From NCBI GenBank assembly GCA_963704075.1, contig CAVPGV010000020.1, positions 3,264-67,263 of the forward strand: DNA of 64,000 nucleotides. Reading direction: 5' to 3'. This DNA is from an uncultured Actinomycetota bacterium (GTDB lineage Bacteria > Actinomycetota > Actinomycetes > S36-B12 > UBA10799). The position numbers and the translations under genes were made by a program. Position 1 is the stretch's first letter, and the number at the start of each line of letters is the position of its first letter. This document shows positions 45,694 to 55,706 of this stretch, piece after piece. A model generated the notes under the pieces. It saw only the letters and a program-made list of their open reading frames with translations, did no database searches and was not told the origin of the DNA.

Positions 45694-45748
45694 CCAACAA
45701 CGCCGCCCTCAACGGCGGCCGACCCCAACAACGCCGCCCTCAACGGCG
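45694..45748. repeat. 24-nt direct repeat CCAACAACGCCGCCCTCAACGGCG, two copies 31 nt apart
   Basis: Exact copies at 45694-45717 and 45725-45748, immediately after the 21-bp array. Confidence 0.9.
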
Positions 45749-45784
45749 CATCAAGCGGCGGCCGGGCGCACCCGGCAACCGGCG

Positions 45785-46927
45785 CTAGTCCAGCAGGGCG
45801 CTCACGAAGGCGTCCGGGTCGAAGGGGGCCAGATCGTCGGGGCCTTCGCCCAGTCCGACAAGTTTGACGGGGACGCCCAACTCGCGCTGAACGGCGACCA
45901 CGATGCCGCCCTTGGCCGTCCCATCGAGTTTGGTCAGGACCACGCCGGTGACATCGACGACCTCGCTGAAGACCCGGGCCTGCGCCAGGCCGTTCTGTCC
46001 GGTGGTCGCATCGAGCACGAGCAGCACCTCGTCGACCGGGCCCTGCTTGTTGACGACCCGCTTGATTTTGCCGAGTTCGTCCATCAGCCCGACCTTGGTG
46101 TGCAACCGGCCGGCCGTGTCGATGACCACACAATCGGCCTGTTCCGCGTTGGCCTGAGCAACCGCATCGAAGGCGACAGCGGCGGGGTCGGAGGCCTCCG
46201 GACCCCGCACGACCTGCGCACCCACCCGGTCGCCCCAGGTCTGCAGTTGATCGGCGGCAGCTGCCCGGAACGTGTCGGCGGCTCCGAGGACGACGGTGTG
46301 CCCGTCGGCGACCAGGACCCGGGCGAGTTTGCCGGTGGTCGTGGTCTTACCCGTGCCATTGACGCCGACCACCATGATCACCGCGGGGCGCTGCCCCTGT
46401 CGCGAGGCGACCAGGGACCGGTCCATGTCCGGACCCACGAGGGCCAGCAACTCCTCATGCAGCGCCGACTGCCAGTCCACGTCGGAGTCGACCCGCAGGC
46501 GCGTGCGCAACCGTTCCACCAGATCCCCGGACGCCTCCACCCCGAGGTCGGACATGATCAAGGTGTCCTCGATCTCCTCCCAGGTGGCCTCGTCGAGTTT
46601 GTCGCTGGTCAACAGGGCGAGCAAACCACGGCCGATCGCGCTGTTGGACCGGGCCAGGCGGGCCTTGAGCGCCGCTAGCCGGCCCTTCGTCGGCTTGGGC
46701 CGCTCGATCTCGATGGTCGGGGCACCGCCCTGCTCGGGCAGGACCACGTCCTCGACCGTGGGCAGCGGCGTGTCACGGGGTTCGGTCGCATCGTCCCCGA
46801 CGCCCGGGATGACCTCCGGGGGCGGCGGGGGCTGCACCCGACGACCGGCGACAAGCCGCAGACCGATGACGACGGCGACAACGAGCAAGAAGACGCCAAG
46901 AACGATGTAGAGAATGGGATCCACCAT
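45785..46927 (-). CDS. ftsY: Signal recognition particle receptor FtsY
   Basis: Membrane anchor MVDPILYIVLGVFLLVVAVVIGL. NG domain VVGVNGTGKTTTTGKLA...DTAGRLH...LTKLDGTAKGG. The ORF is open to 46957. Confidence 0.92.
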   Translation of the reverse strand: MVDPILYIVLGVFLLVVAVVIGLRLVAGRRVQPPPPPEVIPGVGDDATEPRDTPLPTVEDVVLPEQGGAPTIEIERPKPTKGRLAALKARLARSNSAIGRGLLALLTSDKLDEATWEEIEDTLIMSDLGVEASGDLVERLRTRLRVDSDVDWQSALHEELLALVGPDMDRSLVASRQGQRPAVIMVVGVNGTGKTTTTGKLARVLVADGHTVVLGAADTFRAAAADQLQTWGDRVGAQVVRGPEASDPAAVAFDAVAQANAEQADCVVIDTAGRLHTKVGLMDELGKIKRVVNKQGPVDEVLLVLDATTGQNGLAQARVFSEVVDVTGVVLTKLDGTAKGGIVVAVQRELGVPVKLVGLGEGPDDLAPFDPDAFVSALLD

Positions 46928-47061
46928 CCCAGTGTGACGGACGGGCGCCGCCGCCACCTCGACTGGCTGCGAGGGAGGTTGATCGCAGGTGGACTTTGGA
47001 CGAAATCAACCAGTAGGTGACCGTCTGCGTCCGAAGTCCCCGCTCACGACGCCCCAGAGCA

Positions 47062-50000
47062 TCAGACCGGCTGCAGTTGCCGCATCCGCTGGCTGATCAC
47101 CTGCGTGACACCAGCGCGCATCGTGACCCCGTAGAGGGCGTCCGCCATCTCCATCGTGCGCTTCTGGTGGGTGATGATCATCAACTGCGAGGTCTCCCGG
47201 AGCTCCTCGAGCAGACCCATGAGGCGTCCGAGGTTGACATCGTCGAGTGCCGCCTCGACCTCGTCCAGCAGGTAGAACGGCGAGGGCCTCGCCTTGAACA
47301 GGGCCACCAGGAAGGCCACGGCGGTGAGGCTGCGCTCCCCACCCGATAGCAAGGAAAGGCGCTTGATCTTCTTGCCGGGCGGGCGGGCCTCCACCTCGAC
47401 ACCGGTGATGAGCAGGTCGTCGGGATCGGTGAGGACCAACCGCCCCTGACCACCGGGGAACAAGCGGGCGAAAGCGTGCTCGAACTCCCGTGCCACATCG
47501 GAATAGGCCTCGGAGAAGACCTGTTGCACGCGGGCGTCCACATCGGCCACGAGGGCCAGCAGATCCTCTCGGCTCTTCTTCACGTCCTCGATCTGCGTGA
47601 CCAGATGAGTGTGGCGCTCCTCCATGGCAGCGAACTCCTCGAGGGCCAGCGGGTTGACCCGGCCGAGCAGGGCCAACCCCCGCTCCGCCTCCTTGAGGCG
47701 CCGCTGCTGCTGGACGCGCTCGAACGGGATCGGATCCCCGTCGGCCACCTCGATCATCTGATCGGGACCGTATTCGGCCACCAGGTTGTCGATGGTGAGC
47801 CCGTACTCCTCCAGGGCCTTCTCCGTCAGTTGTTCGAGGGTTGCGCGTTTGCCTGCGCGCAGCACCTCGTCGCGGTGGACATCCTGGGTGAGCCGTTCGA
47901 CCTCCGCGGCCAGTTCCAGCGCTGCCGAGCGCGCCTGCGCGTGGTCGGACTGCAGCTTCTCCTGTTCGGCCTCCAGCGAGCTCAGGTGCGACTCCGCGGC
48001 TGCGGCGTCCTGTTCCACGAGGGCCGCGGCTCGGCGCGCCAGTTCCTCCAACCGGCCCAATTCGACCAGAGCATGCTCGCGCTGGACACGTCGCCGGGCT
48101 GCCGCCTCGACGGCCTCCCGGGCCTGCTGGGCCTGCTCGACGAGTTCGGCGTGCTTGGCCTGCAGTGAGGCGTGCCGCTCGTGGGCGGATCGTGCGTTGA
48201 GTCCGGTCTCGTGGTGGGCCTGCCGTGCCTGTTCCTGGCGCGTGAGCAGTGCGTGCAGCCGCGATCGGTCGACGGTCGGGGCACCGGCCTGTTCGAGTTC
48301 CTGGAGCCGGTCACGGGCCGCCTGCAGGTCAGCGGTGTGTTCGGCAAGCGCGGCGGCCACCTCGCCCTTCTCGGCGATCAGTTGTTCCAGCCGGCGTGCT
48401 GTGGTGGCTGCCCGCTGCCGCACGTGGACATCCCGCTCGGCCCGGGCAGCTGCCTGGGCCTGCTGGGCGGCAACCTGGTTGCGCACCTCGTCGCGCTCCT
48501 GACGCGCCTGCGCCGCCCGGGCCTCGACCCGCGCGACATGATCCACTGCCCGCCGCCAGCATCCCTCGGTCGAGACCAACTCCTCGGTCGCCTGTTCCAG
48601 CGCGTTGCGTAGTGCGATGACGTTGGCGCCTTCCGAGCCCTGCGCTGCGATCCCCCGCCCGAGCATCTGGCCGTCCACCGTGGCCACCAGTACGTCGGGG
48701 TGTTCATCCACGATGCCTTGAGCGGCCGACAGGTCCGGCGCCACGACTGCGCCGGCCAGCATCTGCGACAGCGCGCCGCGCAGGTGATCGGGTGCCTCGA
48801 TGTAGTTCAGGGCGGCGTCCGGATGTGAAGCGACCGCGTTCCTCGTGCCCGGTACCACCAGGCGGACCGACCGGTCGGCGTCGATCCCACCGAGGACCTC
48901 GTGCACGCTGACACCTTCGCGCAGCACCCGCGCCCTGGCCAGTGCCCCGAGCAGGATCGCGACCGCCTTCTCGTAGCCGGGACGCACCCGGATGACGCTG
49001 TCCAAGGTGCCTTCCTGTCGGTCGGCGCCCAGCGTGTCGTCGTCCGTGTCCGCCACCGCTGACCGCAGAGCCTCACAGCGCGCCGTCAGGGATGCACGCT
49101 TCTGCTCCTGCGTCGAGAGTTCCGCTCTGGCCAGTTCGACGTCGCGTTCAGCCGCGCGCATCCTCTCGTCGGCCTGCGACATGTCCACGATGTCCTCGTG
49201 TGCCGGCTCGGGATCAAGGTCGGCAACAGCAGCCGCCGCGTCGCGCGCCTCACGGGCAACGCTGTCGTGCTGCTGGTCCAGATGATCGGCACGAGCCGTC
49301 GTGGACTCCACCAGGCGGACCCCACCGGCCACCGCCTGCTCGGCGGCCGCGACGTGCTGACGGTATTCGGTCAGAGCCGCCTCCGCCGACGCGATCAGCG
49401 ACTGTTCCTCGCGGACCTCGCGGGCGACTCCTTCGGCGGCATCGCGGGCCCGCTCGAACTCACCCTGTGCCGCAGCCACCACACGCGCCTGATCGGCGAT
49501 CTCCAGTTCGACCGCCTCCCCGGCACGTTGGATCTCCTCGGGATCCACCCCGAAGCTGAACTCCAGCTGTTCGCGTTCCAGCGACCTGCGTCGCTCCACG
49601 ATCAGGGCCACGAGGCCACTGATCCGCTCACGCAGACGCGTCAGATCCAGTGAGCGACTGCGCCCGGAGTGCAGTTGCGGGGCCACCTGCTGCAATCGGT
49701 CTTCCAGGTCGGCCTCCTGCGACCGAGCGGCACGCAACTGTTCCTCGACGCGTTCCCGTTCGGCCTTCGCGGCACTCTCATCGGCCTGCTCGTCGACCAG
49801 GTCGCGCTGTCACACCCGCCACCTCGTCGGCCAGTAATCTCAGCCGGGCGTCCCGGACATCGGCCTGAATGGTCGCTGCCCGTCGTGCGACCTCCGCCTG
49901 CCGGCCCAGCGGCTTGAGCTGGCGGCGCAATTCGGTCGACAGATCCGTGAGCCGCTGCAGGTTCTGCTGGATCTGCTCCAGCTTGCGCAGGGCCTTCTCC

Positions 50001-50521
50001 TTGCGCCGGCGGTGCTTGAGGACACCGGCGGCCTCTTCGATGAAACCGCGGCGGTCCTCCGGACTGGCGTGCAGGATCGCATCGAGACGACCCTGGCCGA
50101 CGATCACATGCATCTCACGGCCGATCCCGGAGTCCGCCAGCAGTTCCTGAACGTCGAGCAGACGGCAGGTCTGACCGTTGATGGCGTACTCCGAACCACC
50201 ACTGCGGAACAGTGTGCGCCGGATCGTCACCTCGGTGTAGTCGATGGGCAGCGCCCCGTCGGAGTTGTCGATCGTCAGTTCCACCTCGGCGCGGCCCAGG
50301 GGGGCTTTGCCCGAGGTTCCCGCGAAGATGACGTCGTCCATCTTCCCGCCGCGCAGGCTCTTGGCCCCTTGCTCACCCATGACCCAGGCGATCGCATCGA
50401 CGACATTCGACTTGCCCGAACCGTTGGGACCCACGACACAGGTGATGCCCGGCTCGAGGTCGATGGTCGTCGACGACGCGAAGGACTTGAAGCCCCGTAG
50501 GGTCAGACTCCTGAGATGCAC
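47062..50521 (-). pseudogene. smc: Chromosome partition protein Smc, frameshifted near 49803
   Basis: The head [15 protein letters not shown]...[16 protein letters not shown] and the start of the coiled coil are in ORF 49778..50551. [12 protein letters not shown]..., the hinge (GIVDEHP...ATVDGQ) and the C-terminal LSGGERSLTAVAFLVALF...YLLDEVEAALD are in ORF 47062..49737. Confidence 0.9.
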
Positions 50522-50754
50522 TCCAGTGCCTCCTGCCGCAGCATCAACCACGGGCCGGGTCGGCCCGCCGACGGGGAAGACTGTCAGCGTAACCCTGAAA
50601 CGGGCGGGTCCCCGTCAGCGCCACGCAGGGGCGGTCGCGCTGACACGAAGTGCGGCGGACCGGGAACTCAGCGGCCGTCGTCGTGCCTTCATCCAGCAAC
50701 CCGGCCAAGCGTTGGATCACACGGTGAACCCGCGCTCTCCCTACACTGCCCAGC

Positions 50755-51196
50755 ATGGATCTGCGCTTCGAACCACCCACCGTGGACGAGTACGTGCGAT
50801 TGCGCGGGGAGGCGGGTCTGACCCCGCGTACCGCAGGAGCAGGCGCGACCCGCACTGGAGAACTCCTGGTTCTGGGTGCACGTGCGCATCGACGGCGAGG
50901 CAGTCGCGATGGGACGTGTCATCGGCGACGGCGGCTGGTACTTCCACATCGCGGACATGGCCACCCTGCCGGATCATCAGCGCAAAGGCATTGGCCGGGC
51001 CGTCCTCGATGCTTTGCTGCAGCGGATATATACCGAAGCGCCGGCGCAACCGTGGATCACACTGTTCGCCGACCCACCCGGCGTCGCGTTGTACCGCGGA
51101 GCAGGCTTCGTGGCCAATGGGTGTCAGGGAATGGAACTGCCGACGCTCGCGAATGACGTCCTGAGTCGAGGTCCCCGCCGCGGGGTCAACTGTTGA
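50755..51196 (+). pseudogene. GNAT family N-acetyltransferase, frameshifted near 50828
   Basis: MDLRFEPPTVDEYVRLRGEAGLTPR is in one frame. ...ALENSWFWVHVRIDGEAVAMGRVIGDGGWYFHIADMATLPDHQRKGIGRAVLDALL...YRGAGF is in the next. Confidence 0.7.
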
Positions 51197-51382
51197 TCAG
51201 GCGAGAACGGGGGGTGCCGTCGTGGACGAAAGCGAGAGCACTTCGTCATCGAACGCGGCGTGCTCGACGCGCAGGGCGCTCACTTCGCGCTCGAGTTCGG
51301 TGACACGGGCACGCAACGACGCCAACTCGGCCATCAGCCGTGGGTCGAAGTGTGCGCCAGGGGTATAGACCGCCTTGGCCAT
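51197..51382 (-). CDS. Small hypothetical protein with a predicted coiled-coil segment (61-65 aa)
   Basis: ORF MAKAVYTPGAHFDPRLMAELASLRARVTELEREVSALRVEHAAFDDEV. GC3-rich codon usage is consistent with coding. I do not recognise the family. Confidence 0.4.
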   Translation of the reverse strand: MAKAVYTPGAHFDPRLMAELASLRARVTELEREVSALRVEHAAFDDEVLSLSSTTAPPVLA

Positions 51383-51513
51383 CAGGTCCTCCATGCATGA
51401 TGCTCCAGCGGTCCCGCTGTGATGACTCCCGCGAGACTGCCGCTGATGCTATGGCTTTCTGAGCACGGAACCCGCGCTCCATATATCAGATTGACATAAC
51501 GGTCCGACACTCG

Positions 51514-52349
51514 TCAAGGAACACGCCGACACCGCTGGCAGCGCGGGCATCGATACGAGGACCTGTTCGCGAACGGCTCACGCAGGATCGGGGTCCCGCA
51601 CCGCAGACACGGCAGGCCCTCCTGCCCGTACGCTGCGAGGTCGCGCTGGAAGTACCCGCTGCTGCCGTTGACGTTGACGTACAGCGCATCGAACGACGTC
51701 CCGCCGGCCGCGATGGCGCGGGTCATGACGGACACCGCGGCGTCCAGGAGTTGGCCGACCTTGCGCGCGCTGAGGTCGCAGCCCGGGTGTGCGCCAGCAG
51801 ACCCGCGAGAGCCACAGGGCTTCGTCGGCATAGATGTTGCCGATCCCGGAGACGACCCCTTGATCGAGCAACAAGGACTTGATCGGAGCCCGTCGCGAAC
51901 GGATACGGCGCACGGTGGCCGTGCGGTCGTACTGCTCCGAGAGTGGATCGGCGGCGATGTGCCCCAGGGACAGCGGCAGACCGCCCACGATGTCGTCGAG
52001 CCACAGACCGCCGAACGTCCGCTGGTCGTCGAACAGTAGGCGGGTCCGGTCGAGGTCGAGGATCACCCTGGTGTGCTCGCCAGGATCTGCATCGACGCGG
52101 AACTGGCCAGACATGCCCAGGTGCCCGATCAGGGCCACATCACCGGACAACGGCCACCACAGGAACTTGCCTCGCCGAAGAACCCGGCTCAAGGCCCGAC
52201 CGCGCAACTGGCTCTCGAAGTCCGGTGCCGCCCGCCGAGTGCCGGCGCACCGCTCTGGGGTGCAGAACCCGTACGTCGCGGATCACCCGATCGGCGGTCC
52301 AGTGCTGCAGGCCGCGACGAACGACTTCGACCTCGGGCAGTTCAGGCAT
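51514..52349 (-). pseudogene. mutM: Formamidopyrimidine-DNA glycosylase MutM/Fpg, frameshifted near 52225 and 51797
   Basis: [14 protein letters not shown] is in ORF 52140..52349. DFESQLRGR...RRGKFLW...HLGMSG...[20 protein letters not shown] is in ORF 51578..52207. HPGCDLS... and the zinc finger CLRCG...CPRCQ are in ORF 51514..51831. Confidence 0.88.
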
Positions 52350-52358
52350 CGCGGCAGG

Positions 52359-53063
52359 TCAGGCATCGCCGTTCAGCGATTGCTGAACCTGCTCGAACGC
52401 CGTCTGGGCGGCCTGTTGTTCGGCCTGTTTCTTCGTGCGCCCGATCCCGTGTCCGAACAGTTGCCCACCGACGCGCACCCGGGCGGTGAACGTTCGGGCG
52501 TGGTCGGGGCCTTCGCCGACGACGATGTACTCCGGGGCGCCCTGGCCGAGTTGTGCGGCCAACTCCTGCAGACTCGTCTTCCAGTCCAGCCCCGCCCCCA
52601 GCCCAGGAACCGACTCGATCAGTGCCCCGAACCGGTCGAGGATGAACCGGCGGGCGCCCTCGAGTCCGAACTCCAGGTAGACCGCCCCGATGATCGCCTC
52701 CATGGCGTCGGCCAGGATCGAGACCTTCTCGCGGCCACCAGTGGATTCCTCACCGCGGCCCAACTGCAGGAACGCGCCGACCTCCAGTCCGCCGGCGATC
52801 TCCGCCAGCGAATGCGCATTGACGATCGCCGAGCGCATCTTGGCCAGTTGCCCTTCGGGCAACTCGGGGAACGACGTGTACAGGTGGTCGGTGACGACCA
52901 GGCCCAGCACCGAATCACCGAGGAACTCGAGGCGTTCGTTGGTGGGGACGCGGCCGTTCTCGTAGGAATAGGAGCGGTGAACCATCGCGAGCGGCAGCGT
53001 CGCGGGCATACTCGTCAGACCGAGCCGGTCGACCAGCTCGGTGAGATCCACCTGCGCTTCCAC
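52359..53063 (-). CDS. rnc: Ribonuclease III
   Basis: [21 protein letters not shown]...[13 protein letters not shown], plus a dsRBD ([12 protein letters not shown]...[13 protein letters not shown]). The GTG start is placed just after the rpmF stop; the long upstream ORF extension is rejected. Confidence 0.9.
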   Translation of the reverse strand: MEAQVDLTELVDRLGLTSMPATLPLAMVHRSYSYENGRVPTNERLEFLGDSVLGLVVTDHLYTSFPELPEGQLAKMRSAIVNAHSLAEIAGGLEVGAFLQLGRGEESTGGREKVSILADAMEAIIGAVYLEFGLEGARRFILDRFGALIESVPGLGAGLDWKTSLQELAAQLGQGAPEYIVVGEGPDHARTFTARVRVGGQLFGHGIGRTKKQAEQQAAQTAFEQVQQSLNGDA

Positions 53064-53079
53064 CCTGGCGGCGATGGGC

Positions 53080-53253
53080 CTAGACGTCGAGGACGCGGCG
53101 CTTGGCGTAGGTGCCGCAGACCGGGCAGGCGATGTGCGGCGGCTTCTGGGTGCCGCACTGCTTGCAGGTCGCCAGCGTGGGAGCCGAGGTCTTCCACTGG
53201 GCGCGACGGGACCGGGTATTGCTGCGCGAGGTCTTGCGCTTCGGGACGGCCAC
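53080..53253 (-). CDS. rpmF: 50S ribosomal protein L32
   Basis: Not in the ORF track (57 aa). My manual translation gives [57 protein letters not shown], with the stop at 53080-53082. Confidence 0.9.
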   Translation of the reverse strand: MAVPKRKTSRSNTRSRRAQWKTSAPTLATCKQCGTQKPPHIACPVCGTYAKRRVLDV

Positions 53254-53826
53254 TTAGTTCTCCTTGGGTGTTTCAGCCTGCTCGTCGAGCAGGTCGGCTT
53301 TGAGAGCGGACAGCGCCGCCCATCGGGGGTCTGAGGTCTCGTGTGCGTGTCCGGGATCGTCGGCCAGCCGGGCGCCGCACTGTGCACACAGTCCCTGGCA
53401 GTCCGTCGAACACAAGGGGGCCAACGGCATTTCCAGGATCAATCCGTCGCGGATGGGTGGACGCAGATCCAGGTTCTCACCGTCGAGGTGTGGACCGGGT
53501 TCCCCGAGGTCGTCGACCTCCGCCTCGTGGACGTTCCACGCGTACAGTTCCTGCAGATCGGCTTCCAGATCGATGCGGACCGGGTCCAGACAGCGGCTGC
53601 ACACCGCGTCACCGGTGGTGCGTGCGCTTCCGGTGACCAGAATGCCTTCCCGCACCGACTCCAGCATGACGTCGGCCATGACGGGCTCGTCCTCGGCGAC
53701 AGTGACCACCGCAGTCCCCACCGCTGGTCCGGCGGCCCCGGTCAACGTCAGGCGCTGATATGAACCAGGTTTGCCCAGCAGAGCGCGCACGTCGACGACG
53801 AACGGCGCACCGTCAGTCGTGGTCAT
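53254..53826 (-). CDS. YceD/DUF177 family protein
   Basis: [17 protein letters not shown]...CSRCLDP...[15 protein letters not shown], directly upstream of rpmF as in most bacteria. Confidence 0.85.
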   Translation of the reverse strand: MTTTDGAPFVVDVRALLGKPGSYQRLTLTGAAGPAVGTAVVTVAEDEPVMADVMLESVREGILVTGSARTTGDAVCSRCLDPVRIDLEADLQELYAWNVHEAEVDDLGEPGPHLDGENLDLRPPIRDGLILEMPLAPLCSTDCQGLCAQCGARLADDPGHAHETSDPRWAALSALKADLLDEQAETPKEN

Positions 53827-53919
53827 GGCAGGATCCTTGTTCGTCGGTTTGTCAGCGCTTGCGTCGCACGGCGGGCATGCACCACCGACGACGTGGCACA
53901 GCGCCACCGCACAAGGGTA

Positions 53920-54597
53920 TCAACCAGAGCGCGCGGTGCGGCGCCGCCCACCTACCAGCTCGCCGGCGACGTCCGGGTCCTGGGTGAAGTCGTAGACCGC
54001 CTCCTGCGCAGCCGATCCCTGCGGCGCAGCGTTCGAACGCCGTCTCCCGCGACCGATCTGGTCCAATGCCGCCCGCAGGGTGTCCTCCAGGTTGGCCAGT
54101 CGCTTGTCGACGTAGATGTCGGCCTCGGCCCGCACCCGCGATGCGTCCGACTCGGCGTGCTGAGTCAGCGCCTTGGCCTGACGTTCGGCCTCCAATCGGA
54201 TGGTGTCGGCGGCCACGAGACGCTCGGCCTCGGCACGTGCCCGGTCGACGGTACGTGCTGCGTCCGACTGTCCTTGGGCCAGCATTTGCTCGACCTCGAC
54301 CTGGGTGTGGGACAGCAGTGCCGCCGCTTCGTTCTCCGCCCGGGACAAGGTCGCGTCGGCTTCATCCTGGGCTGCGGCGATCCGCGATTCCGCTTCCCGG
54401 GCAGCGTCCTCCAGCACGTCGTCGCGGTCGGCCAGGATCGTGGCCGCGTCGCGCAGGGATGCGGGCATGAGTGCGCGCACCGCCTCCAGCAACTCCAAGG
54501 CGATGGTGCGGTTGACCACGCAGGAGTCCGACAGCGGAACGCCGCGGGCACCTTCGATCAGATCGACCAGGTCATCCAGCCGCTCGTAGACCTCCAT
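53920..54597 (-). CDS. Conserved coiled-coil protein (ATP synthase subunit B-like / DivIVA-like low-complexity Ala/Glu/Arg repeats)
   Basis: Intact 225-aa ORF. The N-terminus is MEVYERLDDLVDLIEGARGVPLS, followed by about 120 aa of EAxRxxAxA heptad-like sequence. Function not known to me. Confidence 0.6.
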   Translation of the reverse strand: MEVYERLDDLVDLIEGARGVPLSDSCVVNRTIALELLEAVRALMPASLRDAATILADRDDVLEDAAREAESRIAAAQDEADATLSRAENEAAALLSHTQVEVEQMLAQGQSDAARTVDRARAEAERLVAADTIRLEAERQAKALTQHAESDASRVRAEADIYVDKRLANLEDTLRAALDQIGRGRRRSNAAPQGSAAQEAVYDFTQDPDVAGELVGGRRRTARSG

Positions 54598-54618
54598 GGC
54601 GGTCCTCCAAACTCTCTG

Positions 54619-55102
54619 TCACCCAGTATTAGTCACACGTTCGCGTAAACGGTCGAAGACCACGCCGGGAAGAAGTCCGGATACGTCCCCGCCGTACGTC
54701 GCGACCTCTTTGACCAGACTGCTGGACAGGAACGAGTAGAGCGGGTTGGTCGACACGAAGACCGTGTCCACGCCGGACAACTGGTAGTTCATCTGCGCCA
54801 TCTGCAGTTCGTAGTCGAAGTCGCTGACCGCCCGCAGAGCCCTTGACGATGGCCTGGATCTCGTGGGTCGCGCAGAAGTCGACCAGCAGGCCGTGGAACG
54901 CGTCGACGCGAACGTTCGGGCAGTCCGCCGTCACCTCCTGCAGCAACTCGATCCGTTCGTCCACCGTGAACAGGCTCTGCTTCTTCTTGTTGATGAGCAC
55001 CGCGACCACCACTTCGTCGAACAGTTTGCTGGCGCGCCGGATGATGTCCAGATGTCCGTTGGTCACGGGATCGAATGACCCCGGGCATACCGCTCTACGC
55101 AC
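54619..55102 (-). pseudogene. coaD: Pantetheine-phosphate adenylyltransferase CoaD, frameshifted near 54837
   Basis: [24 protein letters not shown]...IQAIVKG is in ORF 54629..55246. [20 protein letters not shown]...SSSLVKEV is in ORF 54619..54801. The sequence is consistent with one extra base in GGGCTCTGCGGG. Confidence 0.88.
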
Positions 55103-55706
55103 CGTCGGCTCCTTGCGGCTCGGGAGAATCATGCAGTTCATCGAGAGTGTCCCCGTGACCGTACCAAACCGCGCGGTGCAGTTCGGTGTCGCCGAAGCGG
55201 CGATTCCACGCGGCGCCGAACCCTTCGGGCCACCGGGGCGACTCATCGCGGGCGCCCCGCTCCACCACGACCATGGCCCCCTCCGCCAGCCAGCCGGTGC
55301 ACAGTTGCGTCAGGATCTGCTCGACCTCGTCGGCGGCGACGTCGTACGGGGGGTCGAGCAGCACGAGGTCGAACTGCTGTGGTTGTCCGCGCAGGTGTCC
55401 GGTGGCAGTGGTCCTGACCACCCGGACCCCGGGCAGCCCGACGGTGTCGGCGTTGCGGCGCAGCACCTGAACCGCGGCGGGGCTGCTGTCCACCAGTGTG
55501 ACGCTGCGGGCGCCGCGCGAGAGCGCCTCGAGCCCCAGCGCGCCGGAGCCTGCGAACAGGTCCAGCACACTGACGCCGGAGAGGTCCATCACTGCGGTCA
55601 ACGACGAGAAGAGCGCCTCTCGCACCCGGTCGGCGGTTGGCCTGGTCCCGGTGGCCGGTACCGCGAGCCGCCGGCCACGGGCGGCACCGGCGATGATCCG
55701 GGTCAC
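55095..55706 (-). CDS. rsmD: 16S rRNA (guanine966-N2)-methyltransferase RsmD
   Basis: The GTG overlaps the recG stop (GTGA). Sequence: [14 protein letters not shown]...[13 protein letters not shown]...[19 protein letters not shown]...LLDPPY. Confidence 0.9.
   Translation of the reverse strand: MTRIIAGAARGRRLAVPATGTRPTADRVREALFSSLTAVMDLSGVSVLDLFAGSGALGLEALSRGARSVTLVDSSPAAVQVLRRNADTVGLPGVRVVRTTATGHLRGQPQQFDLVLLDPPYDVAADEVEQILTQLCTGWLAEGAMVVVERGARDESPRWPEGFGAAWNRRFGDTELHRAVWYGHGDTLDELHDSPEPQGADGA

Noticed and set aside
45347-45712. ORFs translating the 21-bp repeat into (HRPRLKE)n on the minus strand or (RAVLLQT)n on the plus strand (part of 45392..46678)
   Set aside because: The repeat is open in several frames only because it lacks stop triplets. 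There is no start or RBS context. The plus-strand ORF continues antisense through ftsY. I treat the region as a non-coding tandem repeat.
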